Source: an uncultured Gammaproteobacteria bacterium (GTDB lineage Bacteria > Patescibacteriota > Microgenomatia > UBA1406 > GWC2-37-13). From it: a stretch of DNA of 64,000 nucleotides. Shown piece after piece: positions 19,538-29,647 of this stretch. The stretch spans positions 12,061 to 76,060 of the forward strand of contig CAYSQE010000003.1 of assembly GCA_964433155.1 (NCBI GenBank). Direction: 5' to 3'. Each line of letters starts with the position of its first letter. Position 1 is the first letter of the stretch. A program made the position numbers and the translations under genes. The notes under the pieces are model-generated. The model saw only the letters and a list, made by a program, of their open reading frames with translations, did no database searches and was not told the DNA's origin.

Positions 19538-20640
19538 AAATTATCATATTAAACTGGCGTTGTCCCAGAAATCCATTATCCGGCGGGGCCGAAAAAGTCA
19601 CACTTGAGCATGCTAAAGCTTGGGTAAAAAAAGGACAAGATGTAACTTGGATCTGCGGTAATTACCCACATGGTAAAAAGTTTGAGATCCTTGATGGTAT
19701 TAAAATCTATCGCTTCGGAAGTCCAACCACTATTTATATTCTCGCTCCTTTTATCTATTGGCTTAAATTCAAAGCTGATTTTGATTTGGTGATTGACGAA
19801 ATTCATGGCCTACCCTTTCTAATACCTATTTGGGCATATAAATCGAAAAAATTAGCCTACATCCACGAAGTCGCACAAGAAATCTGGGACGAGATGTTTT
19901 TCTTCCCTATCAATTTTGTTGGAAAACTTTATGAAAAAATTTATTTTTTATTTTACAAAAAAACATCTTTTTTAACCGGCTCTCCATCAACAAAAAAAGA
20001 TCTGATTAAATATGGGATACCGGAAAAAAATATTACTATTATTCCCCACGGCTTGTTTCTAAAATCATTAAATAATATTCCAAAAAAAAGAAAAAAATTA
20101 ACCTTGATTTTTATCTCTCGTCTGGTAAAGATGAAAGGAATAGAAGAGGCCTTAAAAATATTTTCTCTTGTTAACAGAAAAGTTAAAAAAGCCAGATTTT
20201 TCGTCGTTGGTGATGGAGAAAAAAATTATATAAATTATTTAAAACAATTAACAAGAAAATTAAAAATCGAGGACGACGTTAGGTTTTTCGGTTATATTAA
20301 CGACCAGAAAAAAACAATACTTCTTCAATCTTCCCATTTATTAATCCATACATCAGTAAGAGAAGGTTTTGGTCTGGTAGTGACAGAGGCCAATTCTCAA
20401 GGAACACCAGCGATAGTTTACGACTCACCTGGTCTTCGTGATGTAGTAATAAACAACATAAACGGACTTCAAATACCAAAAGGTGACGTCAAAAAAATGG
20501 CTTATAAAATCATCGAAGTTTTTAAAGATAAAAAAAAATATAATTATTTAGTTAAAAAATCAATCGAATACTCAAAAAGATTTGACTGGCAAAAAATTAC
20601 CGAACAAAGTTTTAATCTTATAAGATCTCTAATGCTATGA
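19534..20640 (+). CDS. Glycosyltransferase family 4 (GT-B, group 1)
   Basis: C-terminal EGFGLVVTEANSQGTPAIVYDSPGLRDVV (E-x7-E region). Confidence 0.8.
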   Translation: MKIIILNWRCPRNPLSGGAEKVTLEHAKAWVKKGQDVTWICGNYPHGKKFEILDGIKIYRFGSPTTIYILAPFIYWLKFKADFDLVIDEIHGLPFLIPIWAYKSKKLAYIHEVAQEIWDEMFFFPINFVGKLYEKIYFLFYKKTSFLTGSPSTKKDLIKYGIPEKNITIIPHGLFLKSLNNIPKKRKKLTLIFISRLVKMKGIEEALKIFSLVNRKVKKARFFVVGDGEKNYINYLKQLTRKLKIEDDVRFFGYINDQKKTILLQSSHLLIHTSVREGFGLVVTEANSQGTPAIVYDSPGLRDVVINNINGLQIPKGDVKKMAYKIIEVFKDKKKYNYLVKKSIEYSKRFDWQKITEQSFNLIRSLML

Positions 20641-21479
20641 CGTATAAAAAAATTAGTAATCTACCTTTTATTTCAGTAATAATAACGTCAAAAAACTCTG
20701 AAAAAACAATTGAAGATTGCCTTAGATCGATCAAAAAACAAAATTATTACAACTACGAAATGATTGTCATAGATAATAAAAGTAATGATAACACCATCCC
20801 AATTGCAGAAAAATACACTCACAATATATTTATCTACGGACCTGAAAGGAGCGCGCAAAGAAATTTTGGAGCTAAAAAATCTTTAGGCGATTATCTTTTG
20901 TTTATCGACTCCGACATGAAACTTTCCTCAGGCGTCATCAAAAACTGTGCCAGCCTTATTGCAAAAAGCGCTGATGTTGTAGCTATAATAATTCCCGAAG
21001 AATCCTTCGGTATTGGATTCTGGGCTAAATGCAAAAAATTGGAACGAAGCTACTACACTAATATTGACTGGATAGAAGCTGCTCGTTTTTACAAAAAAAG
21101 TGCTTTTGAAAAAGCCGGTGGTTATGACCAAAATTTGATAAGCGGTGAGGACTGGGATTTATCCCAACGGGTAAAAAGTCTTGGCAGTGTCAAAAGAATT
21201 TATGAAATAATATTTCATAATGAAGGAAATATCAGTCTGATCAATACCATTAAAAAGAAGTTTTACTATGCTCAAAAATTGCACCCATATCTATCTAAAC
21301 AACAAAATAAAAAATATTTTGAATCACAAAGGAGTATTATTCAAAGATATAAATTATTTTTATCTAACCCTAAAAAGCTTTTTCAAAATCCGATTCTTGG
21401 CTTAGGGATGTTATTCATGAAAACTTGCGAATTTGGCTTCGGCGCATTAGGATATATGCTTGGTAGAATAAAAACTTAA
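20637..21479 (+). CDS. Glycosyltransferase family 2
   Basis: ISVIITSKNSEKTIEDCLRSIKKQNYYNYEMIVIDNKSNDNT and FIDSDM (DxD). Confidence 0.8.
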   Translation: MTYKKISNLPFISVIITSKNSEKTIEDCLRSIKKQNYYNYEMIVIDNKSNDNTIPIAEKYTHNIFIYGPERSAQRNFGAKKSLGDYLLFIDSDMKLSSGVIKNCASLIAKSADVVAIIIPEESFGIGFWAKCKKLERSYYTNIDWIEAARFYKKSAFEKAGGYDQNLISGEDWDLSQRVKSLGSVKRIYEIIFHNEGNISLINTIKKKFYYAQKLHPYLSKQQNKKYFESQRSIIQRYKLFLSNPKKLFQNPILGLGMLFMKTCEFGFGALGYMLGRIKT

Positions 21480-22171
21480 TGAAAAATTTACATGCTGAAA
21501 AACCAGCCTCAGAACTCAAAGGCAGACTCAAGGCAAGCGCTGAGTTTATAGATGCTAAAGATATTAAAAATAAAAAGATTTTGGATATTGGCTGCGGATA
21601 TGGATGGTGTGAATTAAATCTTCTTAAAAGAGGAGCAAAAAAAATAATCGGCATAGAACCTGCAAAAAATGACCTAGAAACCGCAATAAAACATATTAAA
21701 AACGAAAAAATCGAATTTAAAATTGCCAGCGCGATACGATTACCATTCCCAGTAAATTTGTTTGACACAGTTGTCTGTTGGGAAGTTATCGAACATTTAC
21801 CAAAAAATACTGAACAACAATTGTTTAGGGAGGTCAAAAGAGTTTTAAAAAAAGGCGGCTCATTCTATCTCTCAACTCCTTATGATAACTTTTTCACGAA
21901 TTTATTTGATCCTGCTTACTGGCTTATTGGACATAGACATTACTCAAAGCTAAAGCTAACAGAATATGGCTTAGAAAATTCATTCATGGTCAGAAATCTT
22001 GAAGTAAAAGGTAAATTTTTCTCTTTATTGGCAATATTAAATATGTATATTATCAAGTGGCTGATTAAATTTAATCCTTTTTATCAAAAATATCTGACAA
22101 AATTAAGTGATGAAGAATATAATGTCAGAAATGGTTTTGTGAACATTTTTATTAAATACATTAAATTTTAA
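21479..22171 (+). CDS. Class I SAM-dependent methyltransferase
   Basis: Motif I ILDIGCGYGW; post-I and motif II/III pattern (FDTVVCWEVIEHL, LKKGGSFYLSTP). Confidence 0.75.
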   Translation: MKNLHAEKPASELKGRLKASAEFIDAKDIKNKKILDIGCGYGWCELNLLKRGAKKIIGIEPAKNDLETAIKHIKNEKIEFKIASAIRLPFPVNLFDTVVCWEVIEHLPKNTEQQLFREVKRVLKKGGSFYLSTPYDNFFTNLFDPAYWLIGHRHYSKLKLTEYGLENSFMVRNLEVKGKFFSLLAILNMYIIKWLIKFNPFYQKYLTKLSDEEYNVRNGFVNIFIKYIKF

Positions 22172-22179
22172 ATTTAATT

Positions 22180-22872
22180 ATGAGTCTATTGAAGACGTTT
22201 CTTCTCAATCTTTGGCTGTCGGCAGGGGCTAAAAATAATCAGAACATCTTAGATTTATGTGAGATAAATAGTAATGCCCGGTTTGTTGATCTCGGATGTA
22301 ACGACGGAAAGTGGTCAATAAAAGTTGCAAGAAAAATAGATACAAAATTAACGTTTGGATTAGATCTCTATGAGAAACAACTCAAAAAAGCCGCCAAATT
22401 AGATATTAATATTTTAAAGGGCGATCTGAATGAAAAACTATCCTATAAAAGTAACTTTTTTGACGTAGTTCACTCAAATCAAGTTATTGAACATTTGGCA
22501 AATGTAGATAATTTTGTCACCGAAATTTATCGGATATTAAAACCCGGCGGTTATGCAGTTATTTCAACCGAGAATCTGTCAAGCTGGCACAATATCATCG
22601 CTTTAATCTTTGGCTGGCAGGCATTTTCTCAACATATCAGCCAGAAATATCACATCGGTAATCCGTTTTCTCCTCATTATGGAAAAAAATTAAGAGGTGG
22701 CTGGACACATAATATCATTTTTACCTATTTTGGGCTGCAAAAAATTTTTACCAACTACGGTTTTACTGTAGAAGAAGTTAGAGGATCCGGATATTATCCG
22801 TTGCCAAACTTCTTTGCTCGCCTTGACCTCCGCCATGCGCATTTTATTGCAATAAAAGTACGAAAACCATAG
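22180..22872 (+). CDS. Class I SAM-dependent methyltransferase
   Basis: FVDLGCNDGKW, FDVVHSNQVIEHL and LKPGGYAVISTEN. Confidence 0.75.
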   Translation: MSLLKTFLLNLWLSAGAKNNQNILDLCEINSNARFVDLGCNDGKWSIKVARKIDTKLTFGLDLYEKQLKKAAKLDINILKGDLNEKLSYKSNFFDVVHSNQVIEHLANVDNFVTEIYRILKPGGYAVISTENLSSWHNIIALIFGWQAFSQHISQKYHIGNPFSPHYGKKLRGGWTHNIIFTYFGLQKIFTNYGFTVEEVRGSGYYPLPNFFARLDLRHAHFIAIKVRKP

Positions 22873-22897
22873 GAGTTATATTATATAATCTACCAAT

Positions 22898-25105
22898 ATG
22901 CGAAAAGAAGTATTTAAAGTCGTAGCTATTAATTTTTTAATTGGAATGTTTTTTTTGGGTAAATCTTTTTTAAAGGAGTATATAACCGGTGATTTTTTAG
23001 TTTTCTGGGTGGCAAACTTTCATTACGTTTTATCCTCCATTAAGTCGGGGGTCTTACCGCTTTGGCAACCTTATTCATTTTTGGGCGTTCCTGGTATTTT
23101 TCATCCGTCTTATACTTTTTTCAACCCTATCTTATGGATATTTTTTCTCTTCAATTTTATCTTTAATCCGTCATTAAACTTTGATTTCTTAGGTAAAACT
23201 ATTGAACTTTATCAATACTTACATCTTGTAATTGGCGCATCCGGTATATATCTTCTTACCAGAAAAAAATTTAATCTATCCCAAGTTGCCGCATTCACCG
23301 CAAGCTTCATTTACACTTTTTCATTATTTACCACCTCTAGCTTAGGAGATGTACAAACTTTACAAGGAAGAATGTATTTGCCTTGGATTATTTATCAGCT
23401 TATCAACTTTATTCAAAAAACAAGTTTTAAAAATTTCCTGCTTTTAGTATTGTTGAACCTGCTTGTGCTTTCTCTTGGCTATCCGCATTACATTGTCTAT
23501 TTTATATACGCGCAGCTTGGATTGGCTCTTTTTTATGGATTTAAATCCTTGATTAAGACGGGTTTAGCGCTGGCAAATTCTGTTCTCTTAGCTGGTTTTT
23601 TTTTCCTTCCCCAACAGTCGATTTTTAGTCAAACCGCCCGTTTTTCTGACTCAATTACCAATCCGAATTTTCACACACAATTTGCTGCCATAGGAACATT
23701 TATCATTAACATGCTTATGCCGCAGGGTATTTATTACGGATCAGTGCTTTTTTGGGGAACAATACCATTTATTTTTCTTATGATTGGTATATTCGGTCTC
23801 AAAAACAGTAAAATAAATAATTGGCTTATATCTATATTTTTATTAAGTTTGGTTTTAAGCCTTGGCGGCTACATCGGGATCCAAAACTTGCTTGGCGGTT
23901 TCCCTTTTTTCATAGATAAATTACGCACACACGGACAAATTTTGCTGCTTGCCTTTTTTTCTGGAACTATTTTCGTCGCTTATGGAGTAGATAAAATTCT
24001 AATCGGTCTTAAAAATAATAAAACCTATTCAACTCTTTGGCTGTTTTATATTTTCTTCATTATTAGTTTACTTCTTTTGCCATTCCTAAACAAAAATTAT
24101 ATTGTAGATCAAAAAGAACTATTAATAAACATTGGAAGAATGCTGATTTTTTTCGGAGCTGGATTAGTTCTTACTTTTCTTGCGAGTCAGCAGAAAAATA
24201 AAACTTTAATTATCATAGCCCTTGCAATAACCTTAATTGAATTTTATTTTTATTACAGCCAACTCGAATATTTTAAGTTAGGAGTATCTTATGAAAAATT
24301 TTTTACTAAAAATAGTCTTATTCTAGAAATTCCTGATAAGAACCATTTATTCCGCTATATTTTTTCTGACAATCAGTTTGCCTATAATACTTCTCGGTTT
24401 AAGGTTTTTCAGTACTTAGGTTTTGACCAAACACCTTATGCAGGAGTTTACAATATAGGTAGATTTGGCAATCCAAAGGCACATGAAATTGCCAATGTAA
24501 AATACGCAGTCAGCACAGAGTACAATCCAACTTCAGAAAATCCCAAACTTATCAAAACCATAAACCCTGCCGATTATCCAAGCGAAACATTTATCTCAAG
24601 CGCACCGGGCTATTCCGGATGGACGCCAAAATCCAAAAATATTCATTATATATACGAGTATCAAAATTTCCTCCCCAGATTTTTTGTGCCTAAAGAAGTA
24701 AGGATGTGTGAAAATGAAGATTGTTGGAAAGATGAAAATCCACCTGATCTGGTTTTTGTTAAAGCTGCGGATATTAATATGAAAAATCCAGTCTCGGAAA
24801 CGGTCAAGATAAAAATTAACTCCTATTCTCCAAATGAAATTAAAATGAATATAGCTGCACCAATGGATACGTTTATATCGTCGTCCGAGATATTCGATAA
24901 AGGCTGGAATCTGAAAATCAACGATAAAAAAACAGAAATATATAATGTCATGAATGGTTTTAGAGGTTTTATAGTACCCGAAGGGAATTCCGATATTAGC
25001 ATGTATTATGTTCCGCATAATTTAATTCCAGGAATCGCTTTGACTGTGGTTGGCCTTATAGCAATGTTTCTTATCTTCAAGAATAAAAAAATACTAGATT
25101 TATGA
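22898..25105 (+). CDS. Large polytopic membrane protein, YfhO/GT-C-like glycosyltransferase candidate
   Basis: More than 12 hydrophobic helices plus a soluble C-terminal domain of about 250 aa and a terminal TM. The N-terminal LPLWQPYSFLGVPGIFHPSYTFFNP resembles YfhO-family proteins. Confidence 0.5.
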   Translation: MRKEVFKVVAINFLIGMFFLGKSFLKEYITGDFLVFWVANFHYVLSSIKSGVLPLWQPYSFLGVPGIFHPSYTFFNPILWIFFLFNFIFNPSLNFDFLGKTIELYQYLHLVIGASGIYLLTRKKFNLSQVAAFTASFIYTFSLFTTSSLGDVQTLQGRMYLPWIIYQLINFIQKTSFKNFLLLVLLNLLVLSLGYPHYIVYFIYAQLGLALFYGFKSLIKTGLALANSVLLAGFFFLPQQSIFSQTARFSDSITNPNFHTQFAAIGTFIINMLMPQGIYYGSVLFWGTIPFIFLMIGIFGLKNSKINNWLISIFLLSLVLSLGGYIGIQNLLGGFPFFIDKLRTHGQILLLAFFSGTIFVAYGVDKILIGLKNNKTYSTLWLFYIFFIISLLLLPFLNKNYIVDQKELLINIGRMLIFFGAGLVLTFLASQQKNKTLIIIALAITLIEFYFYYSQLEYFKLGVSYEKFFTKNSLILEIPDKNHLFRYIFSDNQFAYNTSRFKVFQYLGFDQTPYAGVYNIGRFGNPKAHEIANVKYAVSTEYNPTSENPKLIKTINPADYPSETFISSAPGYSGWTPKSKNIHYIYEYQNFLPRFFVPKEVRMCENEDCWKDENPPDLVFVKAADINMKNPVSETVKIKINSYSPNEIKMNIAAPMDTFISSSEIFDKGWNLKINDKKTEIYNVMNGFRGFIVPEGNSDISMYYVPHNLIPGIALTVVGLIAMFLIFKNKKILDL

Positions 25106-26151
25106 AAATTGGCGTAAATGCTCGAGTCCTACAAAACGTAAAGACCGGTATTCCATATTTTATTCACCATTTGAAAAAAAATTTACCTAAAATAGATAAA
25201 AAGAATAAATATTTTTTTCTTCGGCCGAAAATAAATTCTTTTATTAAAGCTTTTCTGTATGACAATTTTTTGGTCAATCGAGAGATAGAGAAGAGTAAAT
25301 TAGATATTTTTTATGCACCTGCTCAAATTTTACCTTTTTTCCGAAAAGTTGGTGTCAAATATATAGTCACTGTCCACGATCTTTCCTATCTGATCTTTCC
25401 TAGTAATGCTTCAAGGATCTTTTATATTTATTACAAGTATTTTTTGGCTAGATCACTTAAAAATGCAGACATTATTGTTGCTGATTCAAATAATACTAAA
25501 AAAGACGTCATTAAATATTATCACGTTCCTGAAAATAAAATTAAGGTTATCTATTTAGGGGTCAGTGAAATTTTTTTTAAATCGGAAAAGAAAAAAAGGT
25601 TGATTAAAGATAAATATTTTTTAACTTTAACTACACACCCGCAAAGAAAAAATACGCTTTCAATATTAGAAACTATTAAAAAAAATAAAAAACTATTAGA
25701 ATATAAGATTGTCATCGCAGGCCTCATTGAAAAAAAACAGATAGACATATTAAAAGAAAAAATTCATAACCTCGAACTAAAAAATAATGTAATTCTTTGG
25801 GGTTATGCGGCAGAGGAAGATTTAGTTAGCTTATATCAACATGCCGAATTTTTCATTTATCCATCCTTTTATGAAGGATTTGGCCTGCCAGTATTGGAAG
25901 CAATGGCTAGTCGGTCTCCTGTTATTTCATCTAATACTAGCTCTCTTGTTGAAATTTTACCCAATCAAGATTTTTCCTTTGACCCCAGAAATCCTAAAGA
26001 TATGTTATCGAAGATGATAAAGATGACGGGGTTAAATCAAACAGAGAAAAAAAAATTAACCACAACTAATTACAATTTTGCCAAAAATTTTACATGGCTT
26101 AAAACTGCTAAAAAAATGATCACGCTCTTTAAAAATATAAAAGATAGCTAA
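25102..26151 (+). CDS. Glycosyltransferase family 4 (GT-B)
   Basis: YPSFYEGFGLPVLEAMASRSPVISSNTSSLVEI. Confidence 0.8.
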   Translation: MKIGVNARVLQNVKTGIPYFIHHLKKNLPKIDKKNKYFFLRPKINSFIKAFLYDNFLVNREIEKSKLDIFYAPAQILPFFRKVGVKYIVTVHDLSYLIFPSNASRIFYIYYKYFLARSLKNADIIVADSNNTKKDVIKYYHVPENKIKVIYLGVSEIFFKSEKKKRLIKDKYFLTLTTHPQRKNTLSILETIKKNKKLLEYKIVIAGLIEKKQIDILKEKIHNLELKNNVILWGYAAEEDLVSLYQHAEFFIYPSFYEGFGLPVLEAMASRSPVISSNTSSLVEILPNQDFSFDPRNPKDMLSKMIKMTGLNQTEKKKLTTTNYNFAKNFTWLKTAKKMITLFKNIKDS

Positions 26152-26156
26152 ATATT

Positions 26157-26789
26157 ATGTATAGCAAAAAATATTTTAATTCAGTAACTCAAAAATCTAA
26201 AAACAATCTTTTAAGGTATATTAATCAACTAAAAAACCTAACTATTTCATTAGAGAATAAAACTATCTGTGATATAGGTTGTGCAGAGGGTTCATTACTT
26301 GAATTATTACATACTAAAGAGAGTGTCCCTCAAAAAAAACTTTATGGTGTTGATATTTCAAAATACGCCATTGATATGGTGAAAAAAAAGGGTTTTAATG
26401 GTAAAGTTGTCAATTTTGATAAAGTATTTAATCCAATAATAAAGTTTGACATGGCTTTTGCATTAGATGTTATTGAACATATGGAAAATCCCTATGTATT
26501 CTTAAACAATATTAAGAAAATTTTAAAAAAAAATGGATATGTTATATTAACAACTCCTAATATTTCTTCTTTTTCGCACCTTATACAGAAAGATAATTGG
26601 TATGGATATTTAGATAAGACTCATAAGTTTCTTTTTGAAAAGGAAGGGTTGAAATACATATTAAAAAAAAATGGCTTTAACATTGTAAAATGCGAAACAC
26701 TATCTAATACTAACAATGTCATTTATAATGCTGTTACTGAATTGCTTAAAATTGCAAGCCAATTATTTTTTATACTTCAAAAACCATAA
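26157..26789 (+). CDS. Class I SAM-dependent methyltransferase
   Basis: ICDIGCAEGS, FDMAFALDVIEHM and LKKNGYVILTTPN. Confidence 0.75.
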   Translation: MYSKKYFNSVTQKSKNNLLRYINQLKNLTISLENKTICDIGCAEGSLLELLHTKESVPQKKLYGVDISKYAIDMVKKKGFNGKVVNFDKVFNPIIKFDMAFALDVIEHMENPYVFLNNIKKILKKNGYVILTTPNISSFSHLIQKDNWYGYLDKTHKFLFEKEGLKYILKKNGFNIVKCETLSNTNNVIYNAVTELLKIASQLFFILQKP

Positions 26790-26811
26790 TAATCGTTAAA
26801 TTTGACCTAAT

Positions 26812-27819
26812 ATGATTGTTGTTAGAGCGCCTTTGCGAGTCAGTTTTGTCGGAGGTGGTACAGACCTCTCAGATTTTTATCGTCACTATCCTGGCAAAGT
26901 AATATCAACCACGATAGATAAATATGTCTACGTTGCAATAAATAGAACGCCTCTTATTCCTAAGATATCTGCACGTTACAGAATTTCAGAAACGGTCGAA
27001 AAACCAAGCCAACTGCAGCATACTCGCATAAAGGCAGCGCTTCATGACCTCGGCATAAATAAGGGTATTGAGATAGCTTCATTTGCGAGTTTACCCGCAA
27101 AAACTGGACTAGGTTCATCTTCAAGTTTCACGGTAGCCTTACTTAAAGGTCTCTACGCCTTTCTTGACAAGAAATTACACCCCTCAGAAGTGGCTGAATT
27201 AGCTTGCCGTTTGGAGATAGAATTGGTGGGAGAACCCATCGGAAAACAGGATCAGTACGCAGCTTCATTTGGCGGACTCAATATATTTGAATTTAGTAAA
27301 CGTGGAAAAACGAATGTAAAACCTGTGCTAATTGACTATAAAAATCGTTTGGCTTTTGAAGATCACCTCCTTTTATTTTTCACCGGATTGACTAGAGATG
27401 CATCACATGTGTTAAAAGAACAAAAGTTGAATATTAAAAAGAAATTTCGCACTCTTCAAAAAATGGCTGACTCTGTTGAGGAGTTCACCAGTAGATTAAG
27501 AAACGGCGATTTTCGTATTCTTGGTAAAATGCTCCATGAAGGCTGGCTGGCAAAAAAGAGTCTGGCAAAGACTATATCAAATGCCGCAATCGACGACTTA
27601 TATATGCACGCCATAAGAGCTGGAGCTTGGGGAGGTAAAATTTTGGGAGCGGGTGGTGGCGGATGTTTACTCTTTATTGTGTCGCAAAATACAAAGGCCA
27701 ACATAAAGAAAGCCTTGAAATCCGAAGCCAAAAGAAAAAAATTAAAAGAATTTTGTGAGATTCCTTTTCGCTTTGTTCAATCAGGCGCCGAGATTTTGTT
27801 TAATGCCGACCATACCTAA
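26812..27819 (+). CDS. hddA: GHMP kinase, D-glycero-alpha-D-manno-heptose-7-phosphate kinase-like
   Basis: RAPLRVSFVGGGTDLSDFY N-terminus, PAKTGLGSSSSFTVALL (GHMP motif II) and GAGGGGCLLF. Sits beside gmhA/gmhB/hddC. Confidence 0.8.
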   Translation: MIVVRAPLRVSFVGGGTDLSDFYRHYPGKVISTTIDKYVYVAINRTPLIPKISARYRISETVEKPSQLQHTRIKAALHDLGINKGIEIASFASLPAKTGLGSSSSFTVALLKGLYAFLDKKLHPSEVAELACRLEIELVGEPIGKQDQYAASFGGLNIFEFSKRGKTNVKPVLIDYKNRLAFEDHLLLFFTGLTRDASHVLKEQKLNIKKKFRTLQKMADSVEEFTSRLRNGDFRILGKMLHEGWLAKKSLAKTISNAAIDDLYMHAIRAGAWGGKILGAGGGGCLLFIVSQNTKANIKKALKSEAKRKKLKEFCEIPFRFVQSGAEILFNADHT

Positions 27820-27825
27820 AAAAAA

Positions 27826-28419
27826 ATGGAAAAAAATATTAAGGACTTTACTCAAAAAGTAAAAACCGCTCTTGAAAACCTTCCTGTGCACGAGATTGCA
27901 AAAGCCATTAATATGCTTGAGGCGGTCTATGAGCGAGACGGAAGAATCTATGTCTTTGGCAACGGCGGTTCATTGGCTCTAGCCACCCACTGGGTAAGCG
28001 ACTTTAATAAAACTGTCTTTAGCCATCACCTAGAAGAACACTCACGCCGCTTTCAAGCAATCCGACTACCCACCACAGAGGAAGAATTGACTGCTTGGGC
28101 AAATGATGTGGGATATGACATGGTATTTGCTGGGCCGTTGCAAAATTATTTACAGGATAGTGACCTCGCCGTCGCCATATCAAGTTCAGGCAACTCTCCA
28201 AACGTCATTAAAGCCGTAAATCTTTTAAAAAAGAGAAAAATTCCGGTAATCGGTCTTTCTGGATTCGACGGCGGTAAATTGAACAAATTATCAGATGCAA
28301 AAATATTGATATCGACTCGCAAAGGCCAATATGGAATTGTTGAGAGTGTTCATGCTACCATTCTTCACCTTATAACCGAATACTTTAAAGATTACTTCAA
28401 TCTACTTTTGGAAAAATGA
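27826..28419 (+). CDS. gmhA: SIS-domain phosphoheptose isomerase
   Basis: IYVFGNGGSLALATHWVSDF and AISSSGNSPNVIKAV. Confidence 0.8.
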   Translation: MEKNIKDFTQKVKTALENLPVHEIAKAINMLEAVYERDGRIYVFGNGGSLALATHWVSDFNKTVFSHHLEEHSRRFQAIRLPTTEEELTAWANDVGYDMVFAGPLQNYLQDSDLAVAISSSGNSPNVIKAVNLLKKRKIPVIGLSGFDGGKLNKLSDAKILISTRKGQYGIVESVHATILHLITEYFKDYFNLLLEK

Positions 28420-28967
28420 AAAAGGCAGTTTTTTTGGATAGAGACGGCGTCATCAACAAGGAAGTCGACAATTTAAGAGACGTCAAACAACTTCTTCTCT
28501 TACCACACGTCTCAGAAGCTATAAAAATATTAAACCGTAACAACTTTTTAGTTATCATTATTACCAATCAGCCGGTTGTGGCAAGAGGCTGGATAAGCGA
28601 AAAAGGATTAAACGAAATCCATCAGGAATTATTACAGAGATTGAAAAAGCAAGGTGCAAAAATTGATGCAATTTATTGCTGCCCTCATCATCCAAATGCA
28701 AGTCTTGTTGAATATAGAAAAGATTGTGAAGATCGAAAACCGAATATCGGCATGATAAAAAAGGCTGGCGAAGATTTTAACATTTCGCTTAAAAATTCTT
28801 TTTTTATAGGCGATTCGACAACAGATTTGGAAACGGCAAAAAGGGCTGGATCAAAATCAATTTTGCTACAAACAGGCTACGCAGGTAAAGATGGAAAATT
28901 TAAATCCAAAGCGGATTTTGTTGTAAAAAATCTATATGAAGCGGTAAAACTAATATGCAAGCTATAA
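28416..28967 (+). CDS. gmhB: HAD-family D,D-heptose 1,7-bisphosphate phosphatase
   Basis: AVFLDRDGVIN, IITNQPVVARG, CPHHP...CEDRKPNIGM and FIGDSTTDLETAKRAG. Confidence 0.8.
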   Translation: MKKAVFLDRDGVINKEVDNLRDVKQLLLLPHVSEAIKILNRNNFLVIIITNQPVVARGWISEKGLNEIHQELLQRLKKQGAKIDAIYCCPHHPNASLVEYRKDCEDRKPNIGMIKKAGEDFNISLKNSFFIGDSTTDLETAKRAGSKSILLQTGYAGKDGKFKSKADFVVKNLYEAVKLICKL

Positions 28968-29647
28968 TTCTTTCAGCAGGGAAAGGAATTCGCCTTTATC
29001 CTTTGACAAAAAAAATCCCTAAAGTAATGGTCGAGGTTAAAGGCAAACCACTTCTTAAACATCACTTAATGCTGCTTCGTAAATATGAAATTAAGGAGAT
29101 TTTTATCAATCTTTTCACGCTGCCAGATATAATTAAAAACTATTTTGGAGACGGAAGGAGATTTGGAGTGCGGATAAAATATGCAACAGAATCAACACTT
29201 TTAGGATCAGCTGGCGCTCTACAAAATTTCAAAAAAGAGCTAAAAGATAATTTTTTTGTCTTATACGGAGATGTTTACATGCAAATTGATCTTTTGAAAA
29301 TGTTAAATTTTCACAAAAGAAAAAATTCGCTATTTACCTTAGTGATGCACGAAGCAAAACATCCTCAAGACAGCGATCTTTTAGAGATAAACTACAATCA
29401 AAGAATCACGAATTGGATCAAAACTCCTCACTCAAGAAAATCAGGGGTTAATAGTGCTGGTTTATATATTATTAACAAGAGTGTCTTGAAATATCTGCCC
29501 AAAAAAGTTCCTTTTGATTTTTCTCATGATTTTATTCCATTTCTTATGAAGAAAATTCCTATGTTTGCTTATTACACAACAGAATTAATTATGGATATAG
29601 GAACCCCAGAAAGGTATAATAAACTTTTATCTATACTTAAAAAATGA
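28955..29647 (+). CDS. hddC: Sugar-1-phosphate nucleotidyltransferase, heptose-1-phosphate guanylyltransferase-like
   Basis: MQAIILSAGKGIRLYPLTKKIPKVMVEVKGKPLL; last gene of the heptose set. Confidence 0.7.
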   Translation: MQAIILSAGKGIRLYPLTKKIPKVMVEVKGKPLLKHHLMLLRKYEIKEIFINLFTLPDIIKNYFGDGRRFGVRIKYATESTLLGSAGALQNFKKELKDNFFVLYGDVYMQIDLLKMLNFHKRKNSLFTLVMHEAKHPQDSDLLEINYNQRITNWIKTPHSRKSGVNSAGLYIINKSVLKYLPKKVPFDFSHDFIPFLMKKIPMFAYYTTELIMDIGTPERYNKLLSILKK